Positions 13,744 to 28,544 of a stretch of 64,000 nt of DNA are shown in pieces (positions within the stretch are counted from its first letter, which is position 1; every line of letters begins with the position of its first letter). Source of the stretch: Kudoa neothunni. Taxonomy: Eukaryota > Animalia > Cnidaria. The translations under genes and the position numbers were made by a program. The DNA lies in contig OZ199840.1 in NCBI GenBank assembly GCA_964304625.1, forward strand, positions 2,406,787-2,470,786, given 5' to 3'. Under the pieces are notes generated by a model, which saw nothing but the letters and a program-made list of their open reading frames with translations, did not search any database and had not been told where the DNA came from.

Positions 13744-14195
13744 TAAATTTATATTTATTTCTTTTACGTATTAATATTAATGGATTTTGTATAATTTATT
13801 CATCTGTGAGAAATATGTGATGTTTATATCTACTTAGACTTGATAGGATATTAGTGATGACTAACTCCATACGTGGTTAGCTTAGTAATTTCTTGTTTCT
13901 ATATCAATCTACGTGTAATAAGGGAAATTAATCCGTGATTTTTTCGATCAATTAAATATTTAATTATCCCTATGTATATTTTTAGGGTTCCGTAATTTGT
14001 GCATTAAGTATTAAATATTGATGGAAATTCTTAGAACATTCTGGGATTGGCTACGTCATCGCAATTTTATTAAAATATATACGTTAGGGTTCATTGGTAC
14101 TTCCCAAGTAAGTAACAAAAAATGTTTATGAAGATTATTTCGAGAATATAATTATAGTTAACCTACCATGTTTATACTAATTCCTAATATTGACG

Positions 14196-14218
14196 TATAT
14201 ATATATATATATATATAT
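14196..14218. repeat. (TA)n microsatellite
   Basis: About 11 TA units. Confidence 0.9.
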
Positions 14219-14716
14219 TGTTGATAATTCTCGAAGGCGTCAAGATGTAGATTTAAGTGTCTATAAACCCCAGATTTTAAAAACATTCATTATCTCGAAA
14301 TAAATCATTTATCATTTAATGTAACTACAATAACTCTGACACGTTAAAATCAATAAGGTGCATATAAGAATTTTAAAATAATATAGTAATTAATCATATC
14401 GGTGAAATCATAATCAATACCTTTAAATTTTTTTATTGTTCGAACTTGCATAATAAAATAAGTTTCCGACTTTATCCAAATTTTTTGTGTAACACTAAAT
14501 AAAAAAGAAAGCGGGGCTTGATCCCCGCCTTCAGAATCATCCCATTGATTTGTCTAGGATGCCGCTATAGTTGACATACGTTACTTCATCATCATTATTT
14601 GTTATAAAATAAAGTTGCTAAAATTAAATGATTATTTCATTTCAATGTTTTTAATAGCTATGTCGGTGAAATTGATTCTTCGATTTAACCATTTCTGTCC
14701 ATATTTTATTTGCTAA

Positions 14717-17700
14717 CGCTTACATGAAGTAGGTGCATGAAGCACCTAAAATTTTGCATTATTAGAAATTTTACCTTTTTGAAATAAAAGGTCTACTTTA
14801 TATTTTTCAAATTATCTCAATAAAATAAATAATTATATTTCAAAAATTTGAATTAACAAATTTTTAAGAAATTGATTCACAGTTTTTTTAATGGAGCAGA
14901 TTATCAATAACCTTGATAAGTATAAATAACGTTACTCGTTGAATATTTTATGATTGAATAATGTTTTCCAAATATATAAATACCAATTAAAGTATATTTA
15001 ATTGTGTAATAAACCTAATAAATCATATTATTAACTTTCATCGAATGTTCTATGGAACATTGGATTAATTTAAGATAAGCACTAGTCTAATGGTAAGGCT
15101 GTTATTTTGATTTTATTGAAACATATATTTCTATTTTTAAATTTATTTAAAAGTTTAATTTTAATATTTTTACATGTAGAAATGGGAGCAACAAATAATT
15201 CGGATGATCTTATTAGGAATTTTAATGAATATGATGCTACATTGACCTAGAATTTGAAATTCGTTGGTCAGATAAATTCTATTTTGATGGTTTGACCGAA
15301 TATTCTAAATTTTCTAACCACGAAAAAGTCTATAATGATGACATTATAGGATATACAAATTATTTAATAAGATTACCTATTGGAATGTACCTGAAAATAG
15401 AGTAATAAAGGGCTATGTCACAATATTGTTGACAATAATCCCGATGATATAGGGAGCGCAGAGAATTTTTCATCGACTTCGTGTTTATTTAATCTTTTTT
15501 CTGATTCTCTATTAGAAAGTCTTATTCGACACCAGCGCTTCCCAGCTAAAATTGGACTTTCATCCTCATTTAATGACATTCTGAAATCCGCACCTCCTTT
15601 CCACGCGATAGGTGTAGCTGACTCAAAACTTCTCAAAAATTACCTTTTATTGTGATCAAATCTCGCACCCCCACGCCCATAGTTCGTCCCTCATAGGGGT
15701 GAGGAAACCCCCTGTAGGGACCACCGTTCTAAAAAACGAGTATAAACAAACTAGTTCTCCGCGTAAAAATAAATATGCTATCACAACGGATGAATCAATG
15801 TTTTTTATTGCATCTTGTATTTTAATGAATACGTACTGCTCCTAAAACATCTTTCAAAACGGGCCCGCTACTTATGCAGCCGTTTCTTGGCTGTAATATC
15901 GATGGGCCGCTCCACCTAAATTATCAGTCTGTCCATTTATGACTAATCAGGTAGAACAACCGGAGCTGATATCTCTGGTGATGATTTAAAACTCATTCAG
16001 GAGATTTTCGAAGAAATAAATCTAAATTTAAAGATTTATCTACCTATTTAAAATACACCACTGATTAATGGATGACCAGTTTACGTTGTAGGTCTACATT
16101 TCGTGTTTATATTAGGTACCAACTTGTGCAATTTGGTAAAAAATTATTAGTTGCTGCTAACGAAAACCCTTCTTATTTATTGAATATGCGACTCTACAAA
16201 AGAACCATCGGAAATGTTAATGAAATTAGATAAGGGGTCATGCTGTCGAAGTCTCCATGACTACATTTTAAGTATTGGGCGAGGATTGAAAACTGATAAT
16301 TTTTTACCACCGTTCTTTCTGCCTTATTCCTACTACAGAAGAATATTGTGCCAATTGGAGTCTTGAGAAGATATAAAGGTATTTACGTGAAATTTTCCTA
16401 GATGTGACGAATCTTGATGAGCTTAAGTCAAAGTTTGTTTCTCAGAAAACGTAATACTAATTCCATATATTTCGAAGAATAATCGTTATATTTTTTTAAG
16501 AATTCCATGATCGTGTGATTTAACCATCAAAATGAAAAAGAATCGAAATTATTATTAAAATTAAACAAAGGAATGTTGACATTAGTGATCGAATGACGAA
16601 AAAATACGACTGTGCTCAGTCCAGCAGGTTTTGGCTCTTAGAAATGCTTATGTATCCTGATGATGTATTCGTTTTTATCGCTTATATAATTTGGGTTTTA
16701 AAATTCCCAGACCTGGCGATCGAAGGATCGGAGTCTACGGTAATATTTCGTTCTGGAACTAGCAGCGAAACCCATAAGCGGAAGTTTTTAGATACGCAAA
16801 CATTTTGGAAAATTTATTATTTAAATATTGGATTTAGGTTTGTCGTGTTGATAACTTACATCAAGGATAGCCAACAATCTATTTCTGATGAAGTAATTAA
16901 TATCGGTGCTGCCATGATATAACTATTTCCAGAAGTAATGACGTTAATGCCAGAATTTCGTACTAAATATCCAAGAAAGCTATATGCTGATCCTATCAAA
17001 TTTAAAAAAAAATATAAAATTAATATATTTAAATTTGGAACCAAACTGATGTTCATATATTTGCTTAACCTCAATATATATTTACAACTCGGACTATTTT
17101 TAGAAAAAAATTCTTCGTATATATATGTTGTTGTTTCATGGGGAATATAAAGAAGATAACGCAGTGAACATATTAAATTTTATTCACCGCCATGATAGTT
17201 AATACGTACAAGTTTTTTAATGACATATATTCGTTGGAGTTTTGTTTTCACACTCATTCAACTCATATTTACGATATAAAATAATCCTATATAATGTAAA
17301 AAGCTTAAATAGAAGAATATTCAAGCTGATTAATTTATTGATATTGTTAAACATATTTTCATTATATTATCTGTTTATTTTACATTTGATTTCTTTTATT
17401 TGCCCTTCATTATTTATCTTTACTAGATTTAGTTTTTACCTAATTACAAATATTACAATTCGTTTGCAATTGAATTCTAAGATTAGAAACGTATACTTAA
17501 AGATTTAATCTTATTATCCTTGTATAAAATAAAGATTAACGAAAATAATCGGCAATTTGCATCGGCTAAGTTAGTTTTGTGATCGGTGGAGATGTGAAAA
17601 CAACACTGAAGCTTACTGTTGAAACTTCGAAGAAATCAATATTATTTTTATTTGATTCTAAGGTATGTTCCTGCTGAATAGAAAGTTGGTTCCTAGTTTC

Positions 17701-17922
17701 TTCTTTGAATGTTGATTAATGTTGATTGTGTTGTGTATTTGTATATAGCTATCCTTTTATTACTTTTTTTGAGTTCCATTAATGTTTGAATGGCAAATCA
17801 GTCCCAAAAACAATGTATCTTTTCAAATAAAAGCAATGAGCAATAACCTTGAAATTCTCTGGGATGCACAATATAACCTACTCGTTTTCTGTATAGGTTT
17901 TCTTACAATCGCCATCCGAGTG
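14717..17922 (+). mobile_element. Old degenerate piggyBac, same family as the element at 36464-39496
   Basis: Colinear similarity to that element at the left end (GGTGCATGAAGCACC vs GGTGCATTATGCACC), the transposase start (GATGATCTTATT...GACCTAGAATTTGAA), the core (16060-16240), FPDLAI/FPDWRS, and the right subterminal region (17500-17922 vs 39090-39496). The ORF is destroyed. Confidence 0.8.
15533..15726. mobile_element. hAT-type MITE (copy 1 of 3), inserted in the old piggyBac
   Basis: CAGCGCTTCCC...GGGACCACCG, similar to 57679-57844 and to the reverse complement of 62072-62272. Degenerate 8-bp TSD (ttcgacac/ttctaaaa). Confidence 0.8.
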
Positions 17923-18099
17923 TTTATGGTGGTGTTTTATTTATATTTGATAAAATAAGAGAAAATATATCTTTTCTAAATTTCCCCGTAATCGATAACC
18001 TCACGTAATTTGAATATCCGTTACCCTCTGGCTCCAGGAACCCACCCATTCGAAAAGGGGATTATATAGCTTAATTGATTCATGTGATGGGTTTAGGCT

Positions 18100-18950
18100 T
18101 CAAAAATCTGTTAAGTTTGATCGCGTAGAAAAATGAGAGTGTATCATTAATGTCATTCAACCTTTGGTCGGGATCCCAAAAACGAATTATCATTTAAAGT
18201 TTCTTTTCCTCTAAAATCGTTCTCTTTCCCCCAATTTTTAGATTTTTTTAGTTGTTGGTTGTCGTCGAATCAATGAATTTAGTTTTAACTAAAATTGAAT
18301 AAATTATATCTTAAGATAGGAGTTGTTAATCATTTGTTTCGGTATTTAATTCCTTGTCTAAGCAATAATTATCTTTATAAATATTTATCTGAATCGGTCG
18401 AAGAAACTCTCAGTTCCCGAATTCCCGAATGGAGGATTCTTATGAAACCCCGCGCTCTCGGATTTCATTAAAGTTGCACAGATTTGTGTTTAACATTAAT
18501 CGTATTATCGGATTTGAGTATTAAATATTAACACATTTTGACTTTAAGGTGGCTTAAAGTTTCAAAATAAATTAGTATAAGATATTTTAGAAATATAGAT
18601 AAGCTAATTTTCTGGATTAATATGAAATATCGGGAAAAAATTATACCTCAAAATTTAATTTTGTGAATTTTTCCGCGTAAGTGGACTCGTGGAAGCAGAG
18701 TTTATCCGTTAAGGGTTATTAATTTCCTAAAAATGCATCTCGTTGGTTTCTTAATAATTTGCAACGTTTAGGACTGATTTTATCCTGGATCTAAAATATT
18801 CCCCTTGTCATTCTCCTAAGTTTTTGGTACGTCATATGGCATGGATTAACCCTGTGTAGATAATCCTTGGCCAATCGTGTAGATGTTGGATGGGGCTTTA
18901 GAAGATCAGTAGGATTAGTTAATCATTTAATGATCAACGATTAATCGGAT
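18100..18950 (-). pseudogene. Possible LTR-retrotransposon integrase relic
   Basis: Stop-ridden minus-strand translation ILKSDN...NPRARGFIRILHSGIRELRV weakly resembles the integrase core (SDNG...P.sNG.vER). No LTRs seen. Confidence 0.25.
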
Positions 18951-19619
18951 ATGTCTGCAGGCTGTATTAACACGAAAGTATTTTATCGTTGAATATCATA
19001 TTTTAAACCCAAATTCAAGTTAATGCGTTTTTAAACTAAAATAATTGTTTAAAATAAATTGTTCATAAATTATTAATAATACAAGTTTAGAATCAGTTAA
19101 CATATCGGGTATAGCTATAAATGTAATTCTAGTGATTTATTCAAACAACCTTTACATAATATCTCGTTTCCTAAATAACCTTGATGAAATCCAATAAGAA
19201 GGGACACTGAAAAGTTTCCATTAGGTTTTCTATTTCTATTTTAACAACATAATCACTTTCGTATGTTAACTAGGTTCTGTATACATCTAATTGTAATATA
19301 TTTTAAAAATAGATACACTTGTAAAAATATTTGTTATATTCTATTAATTTTTTATTAAGGCACTAAAGTATAGTTTAGATGGTTATGTTTGAAAAATAAA
19401 AGTTCTAAAAATGGAAATAAAAATATAGTGATGATTTAAAAACCATATTGTTTTGATTTTATGATGTATATTAGAAAGGATTAAAGTTTACATTAAGTTA
19501 ATCCATATGATAATAAAGCGTTGCCACCTAAATAAACAAGGTTATATTTAAGAATATAAATAGTTATATAAAACATAGCATCAGTCCTACAAAAATATAA
19601 TCCACGACTATTCTACGAG

Positions 19620-20460
19620 CGTCGATAAAACTATCCCTGATAATGGTAATTTTTCCATCTCCGTTAAAACTCAGCAAGGAGTTCGTTGGGTCCATCCATA
19701 AAAACTCTCATCATCTCTAGAAGTTTTATTTCGTAGTGTTATTTTAAACTTGTAAGCACCACACGTCCCTTCGATTTGGTTTGTGTTTGTCTCAGTAGTA
19801 CTATCCACACATTCAACGCTATGATTGACAGTTAGATGAGGCTCATCGAAGTAGTGTAAAATGGAATAACGTTGGGAACGGTCTTTATGTATATTCGTAC
19901 GTATCTTAAGTGGGATTTTTTATATATTAATAAAAATTTTTATTGTCTCAAATACTTCAACGAGAAAAAGCTTTCTTTTAGGGGACCCTTCCCCATCTAC
20001 ACATACCCACGTTCCGTTTACATTGTGGTATGGGTTGTATTTTCGTTTTCCTGATTTCTATTCATCAATTTTGACCACTACGTTATCGCCACCAATTATA
20101 TCTTCACATATCTAGGCTGTCGCTAACCTTCTGCCTGAAGTAATGATAAAAATTCGTAATGGTTTAGGAAGAATGGCTAGGAATTTTTATCAAATTGATC
20201 GACTTCACATAAATCAACCATAAAGGAGAGTTTCAAAATCACGTTAACTTTAGGTTAGACGTTTTATTCATAATCAACATTTATTCTTTCTGCAACATCG
20301 CCACGTTTCTCTGTGATTTAAAAAATTATCACTATTGTAATTTAAGAGGTTATTAGATGTTTTAAAATCATCATGTTCTACTGAATATTTGATAGAGTTC
20401 TTTTTGATTTCAAATATTTTCTTTACCGCATTTATTAGGGCGATCATCATTCTTTCAATC
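19620..20460 (-). mobile_element. Merlin (IS1595/ISXO2-like) transposase relic
   Basis: IGGDNVVVKIDE*KSGKRKYN and HLTVNHSVECVDSTTETNTNQIEGTC motifs, with many stops. Confidence 0.75.
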
Positions 20461-22250
20461 ATCATTAATGTTAAGTTTAATTTGATTATAGTATATACTA
20501 TCGTAACTGTATAATCCTTTGTTTGATGTGGGATTAATGTTGGAGAATATCAATTAGGATCTAATAAACATGAATTAGCGGTAAGAAATATTTAGATTAA
20601 CCATTTAAATTAAACATACCGGAATCGGCGTTGGAATCACAAATCAGTACGAATGTATAAAATTGATTGAGGCTACATACAGAGTGTGTCAAGATATCTA
20701 TCCTATTTTTTTACATTCACAGGATGTTAATATTTTATAAGAAATTTCATTGAGTTCTTGTAGTTAACAAAATTGAAAAGATTTTCCTGTTTCCTCTTAT
20801 CATAATACAGGAAAAATTTAACAGCGATGATCTTTGATATTTTTGACTTTTTTCTATCCTTGATTAACGCATTTTGTCTAGATTAAATCCAACTTGTTTT
20901 AAGAGTAGTTTATCACCCGAATTACAAGTTTTTTTATTTAAAATTCTCCCTTCCTGATGATCTTTGATTATTGACATCGACAAATCTCACAATTATGTTT
21001 GCTGTCTAAAATTCTTTATTTGTTTTATAATATTTAAGGTTATTTTTTGTGGAAACTGCAAAATAATCGAAAGCAGCTACATTGAGCAGTAGCCAAAAGA
21101 AAATAATATAGAAAGTCCAGATATTCTTTTTCAGGTATATGTGGATTCGTATTGATCCACTGTGTCAACTTCATATGTTTTAATGTTGTAAACGAAGAAA
21201 ATTTGTAACATTGCATGAAACTCTGAACATACGTACGGTTTATAGTGTTCAGTTGGCAAAATTATCTCCGCTTCATTTTCCTTTTCACATTATATATTAG
21301 AGCAAACTACCCATGAAATACAAAAATAGAAATATTTCTTGAAATTATTTACGTAGAAATTGAGGCATTATACATATTTTAATCATTTTCTAACGGTTTC
21401 AGGATTAGAAGTTTCGTGCCATGTAATACATGTAGCCAGTCTCCATGGCGTAGCGTAATTATCAATTGTTATTATCCTCCCAAAATATGTAAATTCTTTT
21501 AAAATCATCCGCCACATTATAGCATTGTTTGCATTGTCGTTGTCCATTTAGTTGTCCCAAGTATGATAATACGTTAGATATAAATTAAGTTTTAATATCA
21601 AAGATCATCCAATGATTTAATCTTAATATGAAAAACATTTTCTACGTGTAAACTAAAAATAAATCATCGTCTAAAATGGTACAATTTTTCATCAAAAGTA
21701 ACATTTGAACCAGGAGCGGGATTTGATTCACAGATATATGTATATTTATCATAAATGTATAAAATTAACCAAAGTATATCTTGGGTTTTATTATAATGTT
21801 GTTTTCTCATTATGGGACAAATCTCAAATGATACAAGGGATTTTAAAACGTGTCTAGGCTCAAATTTCCCTGTTCAGCGGTCGTCAATAAACCTTGTTTC
21901 ATAAATATTAGCATTTTCTTCTTTTTCGTTATATACGTTAATACATTAACCAGAAATAATCACAACAAAGTCTTAAACAAGCTTATCGAGGTTCCGTTTG
22001 TCTCCATGTAATTATAAAGTTTTAATTTGGGTATAATTTCTCTCGTTATTGCTTATTTCATGAGGTAAAAAAATCATTTGTCAAGTTGTGTGAGAAAATG
22101 CATTTAGAATACAAGTTTATGCAGTCGGGTTGATAATATATTTGAAGGTTCCACCTTATTTCGCTTCGAAGAACCTAACAATCATGTTATTCATTTAACC
22201 AACTCCCTTTAAAACTGTCTGTGTAATGAGTGATCTGACTTTATTTAGTA

Positions 22251-23390
22251 CTAGGGGGAACTGCCCAGAGTTGCTTGAGGAAGATTTAGCATAGATACGT
22301 TTCTTAATAATATTCAAAAAATATATTGAAGTTCCAAATTAACCCATAGATGCAAATAACTAAAAATTTCAAAACGACATACATTCAACGATTTGGGTTA
22401 GCAAAATTTAAATTATGATGATTTCTGTGAAGGAAAGTATCAATCCTGGCGTTCATTTAAAAATTTCGTTTCGTGGCCCGGCACCAACGCTGAATAATTT
22501 ATTGTCAGTGTCGTATTTTTTTGCATTCCCGAATTATTTAAATCCCTCTAAAATGTTACCCTAATTGTTATTTTTGTCCCGGCTCAGAAAGTTTGTGCAC
22601 CACGGTTTACTGGAGGCAAATAAATAGAAAAAGATATAGAGATAAAAGAAAATAGACGTAAATTAATTTTTATTGCTCAAATTATTATCCCTCGGCCCGA
22701 CAAGAGCTTAACGTATTTTTCCCATAAACAGCTATAAATCGCGTCGACTACAACATAAAAAATTTAAATAATTTGGTGAAATAAAGTACAACCATCTGCA
22801 TTGAATTGAATCACGTAAAGTTAAACTTAGCGGACGATTTCAATGAAACCTACGGACGCAATATTTCCATTAAATTTCTCTAATAAATTTAATTTTCACG
22901 TTATCCATCAATTCGTTGTTCATGAAACGTATATAAATTTTTTATCGTATCTAAAACCATGAATAGAACCTTCAAAATGTGTTTATCAATTCAAATACGT
23001 TAAAACATCACGAATAAGGAGTGTATTTACACAAACACCCAAATAGAAACGCCAAAATTATATTAAAAATAAGATGATATCGATTAATTTCCCTTTGAAA
23101 AAGGATATAAGGAAGAAAGTTAACACCAACCGACCATTTCCATGGCATAAGCCGGTGTTAATCCTATTGTCGAACTCAAGTAATCCGATAAACAAACTTT
23201 GAATCGACAAAATCCCTATTTTCTAAACAATTTTGGGAACATTTGGTGATGTAAAAACTATTTAAAGATTATTTGAAAAATCGTGGTTTTTAAAAAATTT
23301 TGTCTATGTGGCAAAAAAGTTCGGCGAACATGTGTACTTGCTGATATACACACACGCGGGCGGACACTTCAGCTTTATATATACACTAGA
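22251..23390 (-). mobile_element. Non-autonomous Helitron, about 1.14 kb
   Basis: On the minus strand: 5' end A|TCTAGTGTATATATAAAGCTGAAG, a 3' hairpin CTCAAGCAACTCTGGG, then CTAG|T. No TSD. Paralogous over its length to 40888-42031. Confidence 0.85.
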
Positions 23391-23964
23391 TATGTCACCC
23401 TAATTCTATAATATAATGCGGATTATAGTTATATACACGTGTATTACACTGTTAATCCGGTGTTATCATTTTTGATTAATATAAAAGTGATAATTTTACT
23501 CAAAAATTGGACCTTGCACCATTATTTAAAATAGCACGTTAAATGCCTATCATAATTAGAAAAAATAGCACCTCAATGGACATTAATTGTACAGAGTTGT
23601 ATGGACTTCACTCAAGCAAACAAGAAGTAGGCAAATTCAAGAACATCATTAACGTTTAATATTGAGGTAGAGAAAAAGTTATTCATAAATGTAAACATTA
23701 TTTTCTACTATTTCTGTTAGCACAAAGCCATTTTTGATTGTGTTACAATCCATTTCTACCACAAAATGGGCAACTATCCTGCTTTCGATGGAATTGACGT
23801 TCTATCAAATAAGAAAGATAGTTATCTTCATTGGTTAAAATACTGATATACTTCTTATTGATTGTATTATTTTTTCGCTCAACAATTCCACGTAGGGGGC
23901 TCCCGTCGGCTATGGTATACTTACCGGTTACTAAAATTCTTTATGATGCTATACTTATTTTTAA

Positions 23965-26136
23965 CCCTTGAACGATCTTTGGGGTAAAAAAGACCCCAGA
24001 TTTTTTTAGACATTTCGAGTGAGAAAATTACTGTTACTATGCGCAAGACACTAAAAATTACATCCGCAAAATCTCATAGAAAATAGCAAAAAGTCACATA
24101 GTTAATCTAAATTAATCCGGTGAATGTTGATACTTATCTAATCGCGCCATTTCGATGCAATCTAAATACAAAAATTCGTATTTAATCAAATAAAAATATT
24201 TCACACAAAATAGAATATATTGAAATTATAAACGATGATTCTACATGTCTAACAGTTGAAACACTTTTTAGATGAATGAAGAAGGCAGTAAAAACTGTTA
24301 CAACTTGCGCATTTTGAAGAGGTTTTTTTATCATTTTGCCGAGGACATAATTCACATCTCACTTTGTTAATATTCTCAGGTGTAGTTGAAAAGCTTTCAT
24401 TCAATGTTTGATGAGGACTTTTCACAATTTTCTTATCATTTAAGTTCCTCTCCAAAAGTGGGTTGTACAATGCTTCTGAAAGAAGCTTTAAAAATTTTCT
24501 CCTTTGCAAGTCTAGCGTTGAACACATTTTTGTATACTGCGAATGCATTAATCAATGGTAGAACTATAATGTTAAGAAATAACACCACTGGCCACCTCCT
24601 GCAAAACCATCTAACTGAATATGGGTATAGCATTCTATCTATAGTATCAACGCCATCATTTGTCTTATTGTACCATGGTATAATCTCTGGTTTGTTCTTA
24701 AAAGATTCATCCGATATAGCATTATTGGTATATCCTGTGGATAAGATAATCACATATTTTCCTTTTTTATTTACGAGGTAAGCCAATTTTTTGTAAAAAA
24801 CAAAAATGTTGAGCTGTACAATGTTCTTTTTCTCGATGGGAGAGCACATGGAGGAATATCGTTTTTATTGTGACACATGGCATCTAGCTAGGTTAGTTTT
24901 TTTCGAGTAGTTTAGATACCAATTCAACTGAAAAAAAATTGTCCGCGACAACATCCCTACCTGAATAGAAAAGCGGGGTAGTTAGCTATAGCACAACACT
25001 CTCACCAACACTTGAGTTTCGAATTGGTTTATTATCGTTCTTTCCAAGGTTACGGTAGAACATTCATGACATACTTATCTTTAGGATCTGCTAAAACGAA
25101 AAACTTTAACCCCTACTTTTCTGGTTTTAAGGGCATAAATTGCTGAAATGAAACTCCACCTTTAAATGCAACTAATTGTTCATCCACCGTGATATCTTCA
25201 TTAGGAGCATAACAAAGTGGCAAAATGTTAGCTCAGGTTGTCCATATTTCACGAATCAAACCAAACTTATCGTTAATCCTTGATTCTCTGGTATTGCGAT
25301 CATCGAAACGGAGGGACCTTGATATAATAGTTGGAATCGCCGATGAAAGAGAAGTTTCCGGTATTCCGGTAGATTTCTCTACCTTCGCTCAAGGTGAAAA
25401 GCTCAGATAATAGCTCCTCTCTGTCTTTGTGAATAGCCATTAAGATGAGTGTTCCCAAATACCCTAGAAATTCAACATAATCCACGTCCTTCCAGTTTTC
25501 TTTGAAACAGGATTTTCCCAAAATATTTGTACTTTTTGTAATTTTATTTCAGATATCCTGTGCAAAAAAATATTCTAAAACAGTCAGAAATATTTTTCAC
25601 ATGTTTCAAGTAATAATTAGTAGGTCCAGGGCGAGAGTTCACAATATTTTCAACGGTGGTTTTTGATGGAGAAGGCTTGGTTAGACTCTAAATTAGCCCA
25701 TTCTTACTCATTGTATTATCATCAAGATCAACTTCAAGTACATCACTGTAACTTTCTGAATATTCTGTCAGCAATCAAATTCAAAATCTGACGATCGGTA
25801 CTCATTGCTTTTGTGTTATGTGCTTAATCGCGTGTTGATAAATATTCTTTAAATGATACGATTTATAAACCAACTCGGGCTCTCAACAACGATTAAAGTC
25901 TTTGAATTAAATTAAAAATAGATTAAATATTCCTCTCAAGAACCAACAAAATTTTCCTTAAAAATATTATTTATTTCCATTACTTTCTGATTATTTTTTA
26001 AATTAAATTTTGAGTATATTAAACCTTATTTTAAACTAAGAGAATAGCTGAAATTCTAAAAGAATTGAAAATTTGTAGAAGCTGTATAAGGATTAACTTT
26101 CATCTGGGATTTAAAAGGCCCCAAGCTCATTGAGGG
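23965..26136 (-). mobile_element. piggyBac element with decayed transposase
   Basis: TTAA|CCCTTGAA...TGAGGG|TTAA ends with internal GGGG...CCCCAGA repeats. ORF fragments include TVDEQLVAFKG, YNKTNDGVDTIDRM, RRWPVVLF and the C-terminal CRD RCELCP...KCASC...CLLHS..CFNC. Confidence 0.92.
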
Positions 26137-27199
26137 TTAATTTTTTACGATTATTTATATCATTATTTGAAAAGTTGGAGCATGCAAAAATTATTCACGA
26201 ATTTTAATTTTTAGCGTTTGACAATTTGTACACTTAATACTCACATTGTTCATATAATCCATCACATGATTTCCTTTTTATTATTGTTTTCTCATATTTA
26301 ATGAGTTCTAATGGGTTATTAGTTGAAATTACTTTATAATACCATTATTTATTTATGGTCATGGAATCATTTATAAATATCAAACAACAGTAATTCGAAT
26401 TAACGTTGATTAAATAAGGAAAAATGGAACAGTGACGATTATATAAAAGGTTTTTAATCAAAATTGATGATGAAATATCGTGGTTACAGTTATTTTAGTT
26501 AATAATTAATTTTTTCGTATGATTTTATTTAAGCGATTTAGAATATATTTTATTTTTATTCTTAAAAAGTTAAAGACGACTTTTATCTATCATTATTTTT
26601 CATTCTTTTTGGTTAAGTGATATCTGCTTTTTACATCAAAATTGTTAAGGTATATTAAAAATAAAAATTATTCTAAGATAGGTAACATTACATGCAAAAA
26701 GGATAAAAAATATTGCTATAATTATATTTCTGTGATAATTTCTGGGTATACTTATAACCATTTCGATAGTCACGCGCTTTTCAGTGTTTTACAAAATGTG
26801 TGTTTATGCTGGCACCAACATTTCGTATTATCAACAAGACTTAAAGCTCGATTTTTGGTTGGACCTTTTCCATAGTATATATTATTTATTATAATATAGT
26901 CCATCTTAGTAAATACATTTTAAGGGCTGGTTTTATTTTGGGACACACGCATGTAGTACATTAAACTCTAACTGTTTTCATACACATGACCTTTATTTCT
27001 TTTATTTTTCTAGGATATTCATAAGTTATAGAATTTATGGACTGGAAATTATTTCAATCAAGATATTATAATAAGAGTAATTGCTTATTCATGTACCAAT
27101 ATAAAAATAGAATTTTATTCCGTCAGATAATATTTATTAATAATATTTAAATAATTATTTAATAATTCGAACTTCGTTCCCATAACGGAACGAAACCAC

Positions 27200-28130
27200 T
27201 CTTTGTTGAGGTAACCGAAATTTGAATTGCTCACCCCTCTTCTTATTTTCAGGAGTTTAAGCTTTAAACGACCCCAATAAACTCTATAGTATTAGATTCA
27301 ATCTCGCCTATAGAATAGGTCACTGAATGATGGATTTTCAAATGGTTATATCCCAGTTCTGTCAATTTATTGTACGTGGACCTGTCATCATTATATATAA
27401 TAGAGCCTTTTAAAGCACCCGCTTCAATTATATGGATTAAGGTCTCTTGATTTCTTTTTACCTCGAAGTATCTTACTTCTTTAAGCGTCCTTTTTCCGTT
27501 ATCACCAATTGAGCATAGGCAAAGTCCGAACATACAAGGGCTGTCTACTCTGTTACCATATCTTTCTGAATGTGTACCAAAGAGGTATTTTATATTATAG
27601 CTATTGCATATAAAAATATCAGGTACACATACGATCGTCAGATAATTTATCACATTCTGGATAATATTCGCTGCCACTCATGTCTGCCTAGAAATCCTAG
27701 TAATAAACTATAACAGCTTTTTTATTACATTCTGTGAATTTCTAGAGACTAAAAATTCTTTAATAGAGGAATGGTTCCAAGAATAAACTTTTAGATATCC
27801 CCCTCTGTTGTTTTTTCTCTTACCATGTAAGAGACTTTCATCTATATCGATGATGTAGCCATTGTCACCAAATTTTACTCTTTGCGTGAAATGGTTGGTG
27901 CATACTCCCCTAATTTTTACAAACCGGTTAATGATTGTCAATTTTGATATTGGAACCATTGAAAGGGTTGTTTCAATTGTGTTCTCCATCGACAAATAAT
28001 AAACAGGTTTGAGAATGTTTTTTAATTCTAAATTTTTTTCAACCGATAATTTATTCCGGATAAAACGTGTCCCTGTTGGGACAAGATTTTGTTTATCATT
28101 TATCCATCACCAGTAAAATATACGTATACT
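27200..28130 (-). pseudogene. Merlin transposase relic
   Basis: IIDIDESLLHGKRKNNRG, GSIIYNDD, YNHLKIHHS and SNTIE motifs, frameshifted. Confidence 0.75.
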
Positions 28131-28544
28131 GGTATATATTACAGTTTACATACATAAATAGTAATATACTCCTCATTATTTATGGAATGGCTTAGTTCAC
28201 TAGGTTCGTTTTGTGTTTTTATAGATTTCCTTTCTGATATTATACATTGTCGTAACCTCTGCAATTGACACATCTATTTGGAATTCCTCGAATAATTTTT
28301 TTGATATTAAGAAATTAAATAGAAGAGCGCTATTATTTATGTGAAAAAAAATCAGTCATTTCTAATATCAACCATCACCGCTATTTCATTCAGGTAAATA
28401 ATGCGCATAGAATAACATATTTTTAACACATCCTTACACGTCAGTTTTATATAAATATTTAATCAAAATATAATTCCATTGATCATCATATAGTAATCAA
28501 AAATGATTTTGAAAAATAATTCAAAAATCAGCATATAAAAAAGT

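Noticed and set aside
7491-17508. Short hydrophobic ORFs (7491, 9345, 9792, 16856, 16938, 17242)
   Set aside because: F/I/L/K/N/Y-rich composition is what random AT-rich DNA produces, and no motifs are present.
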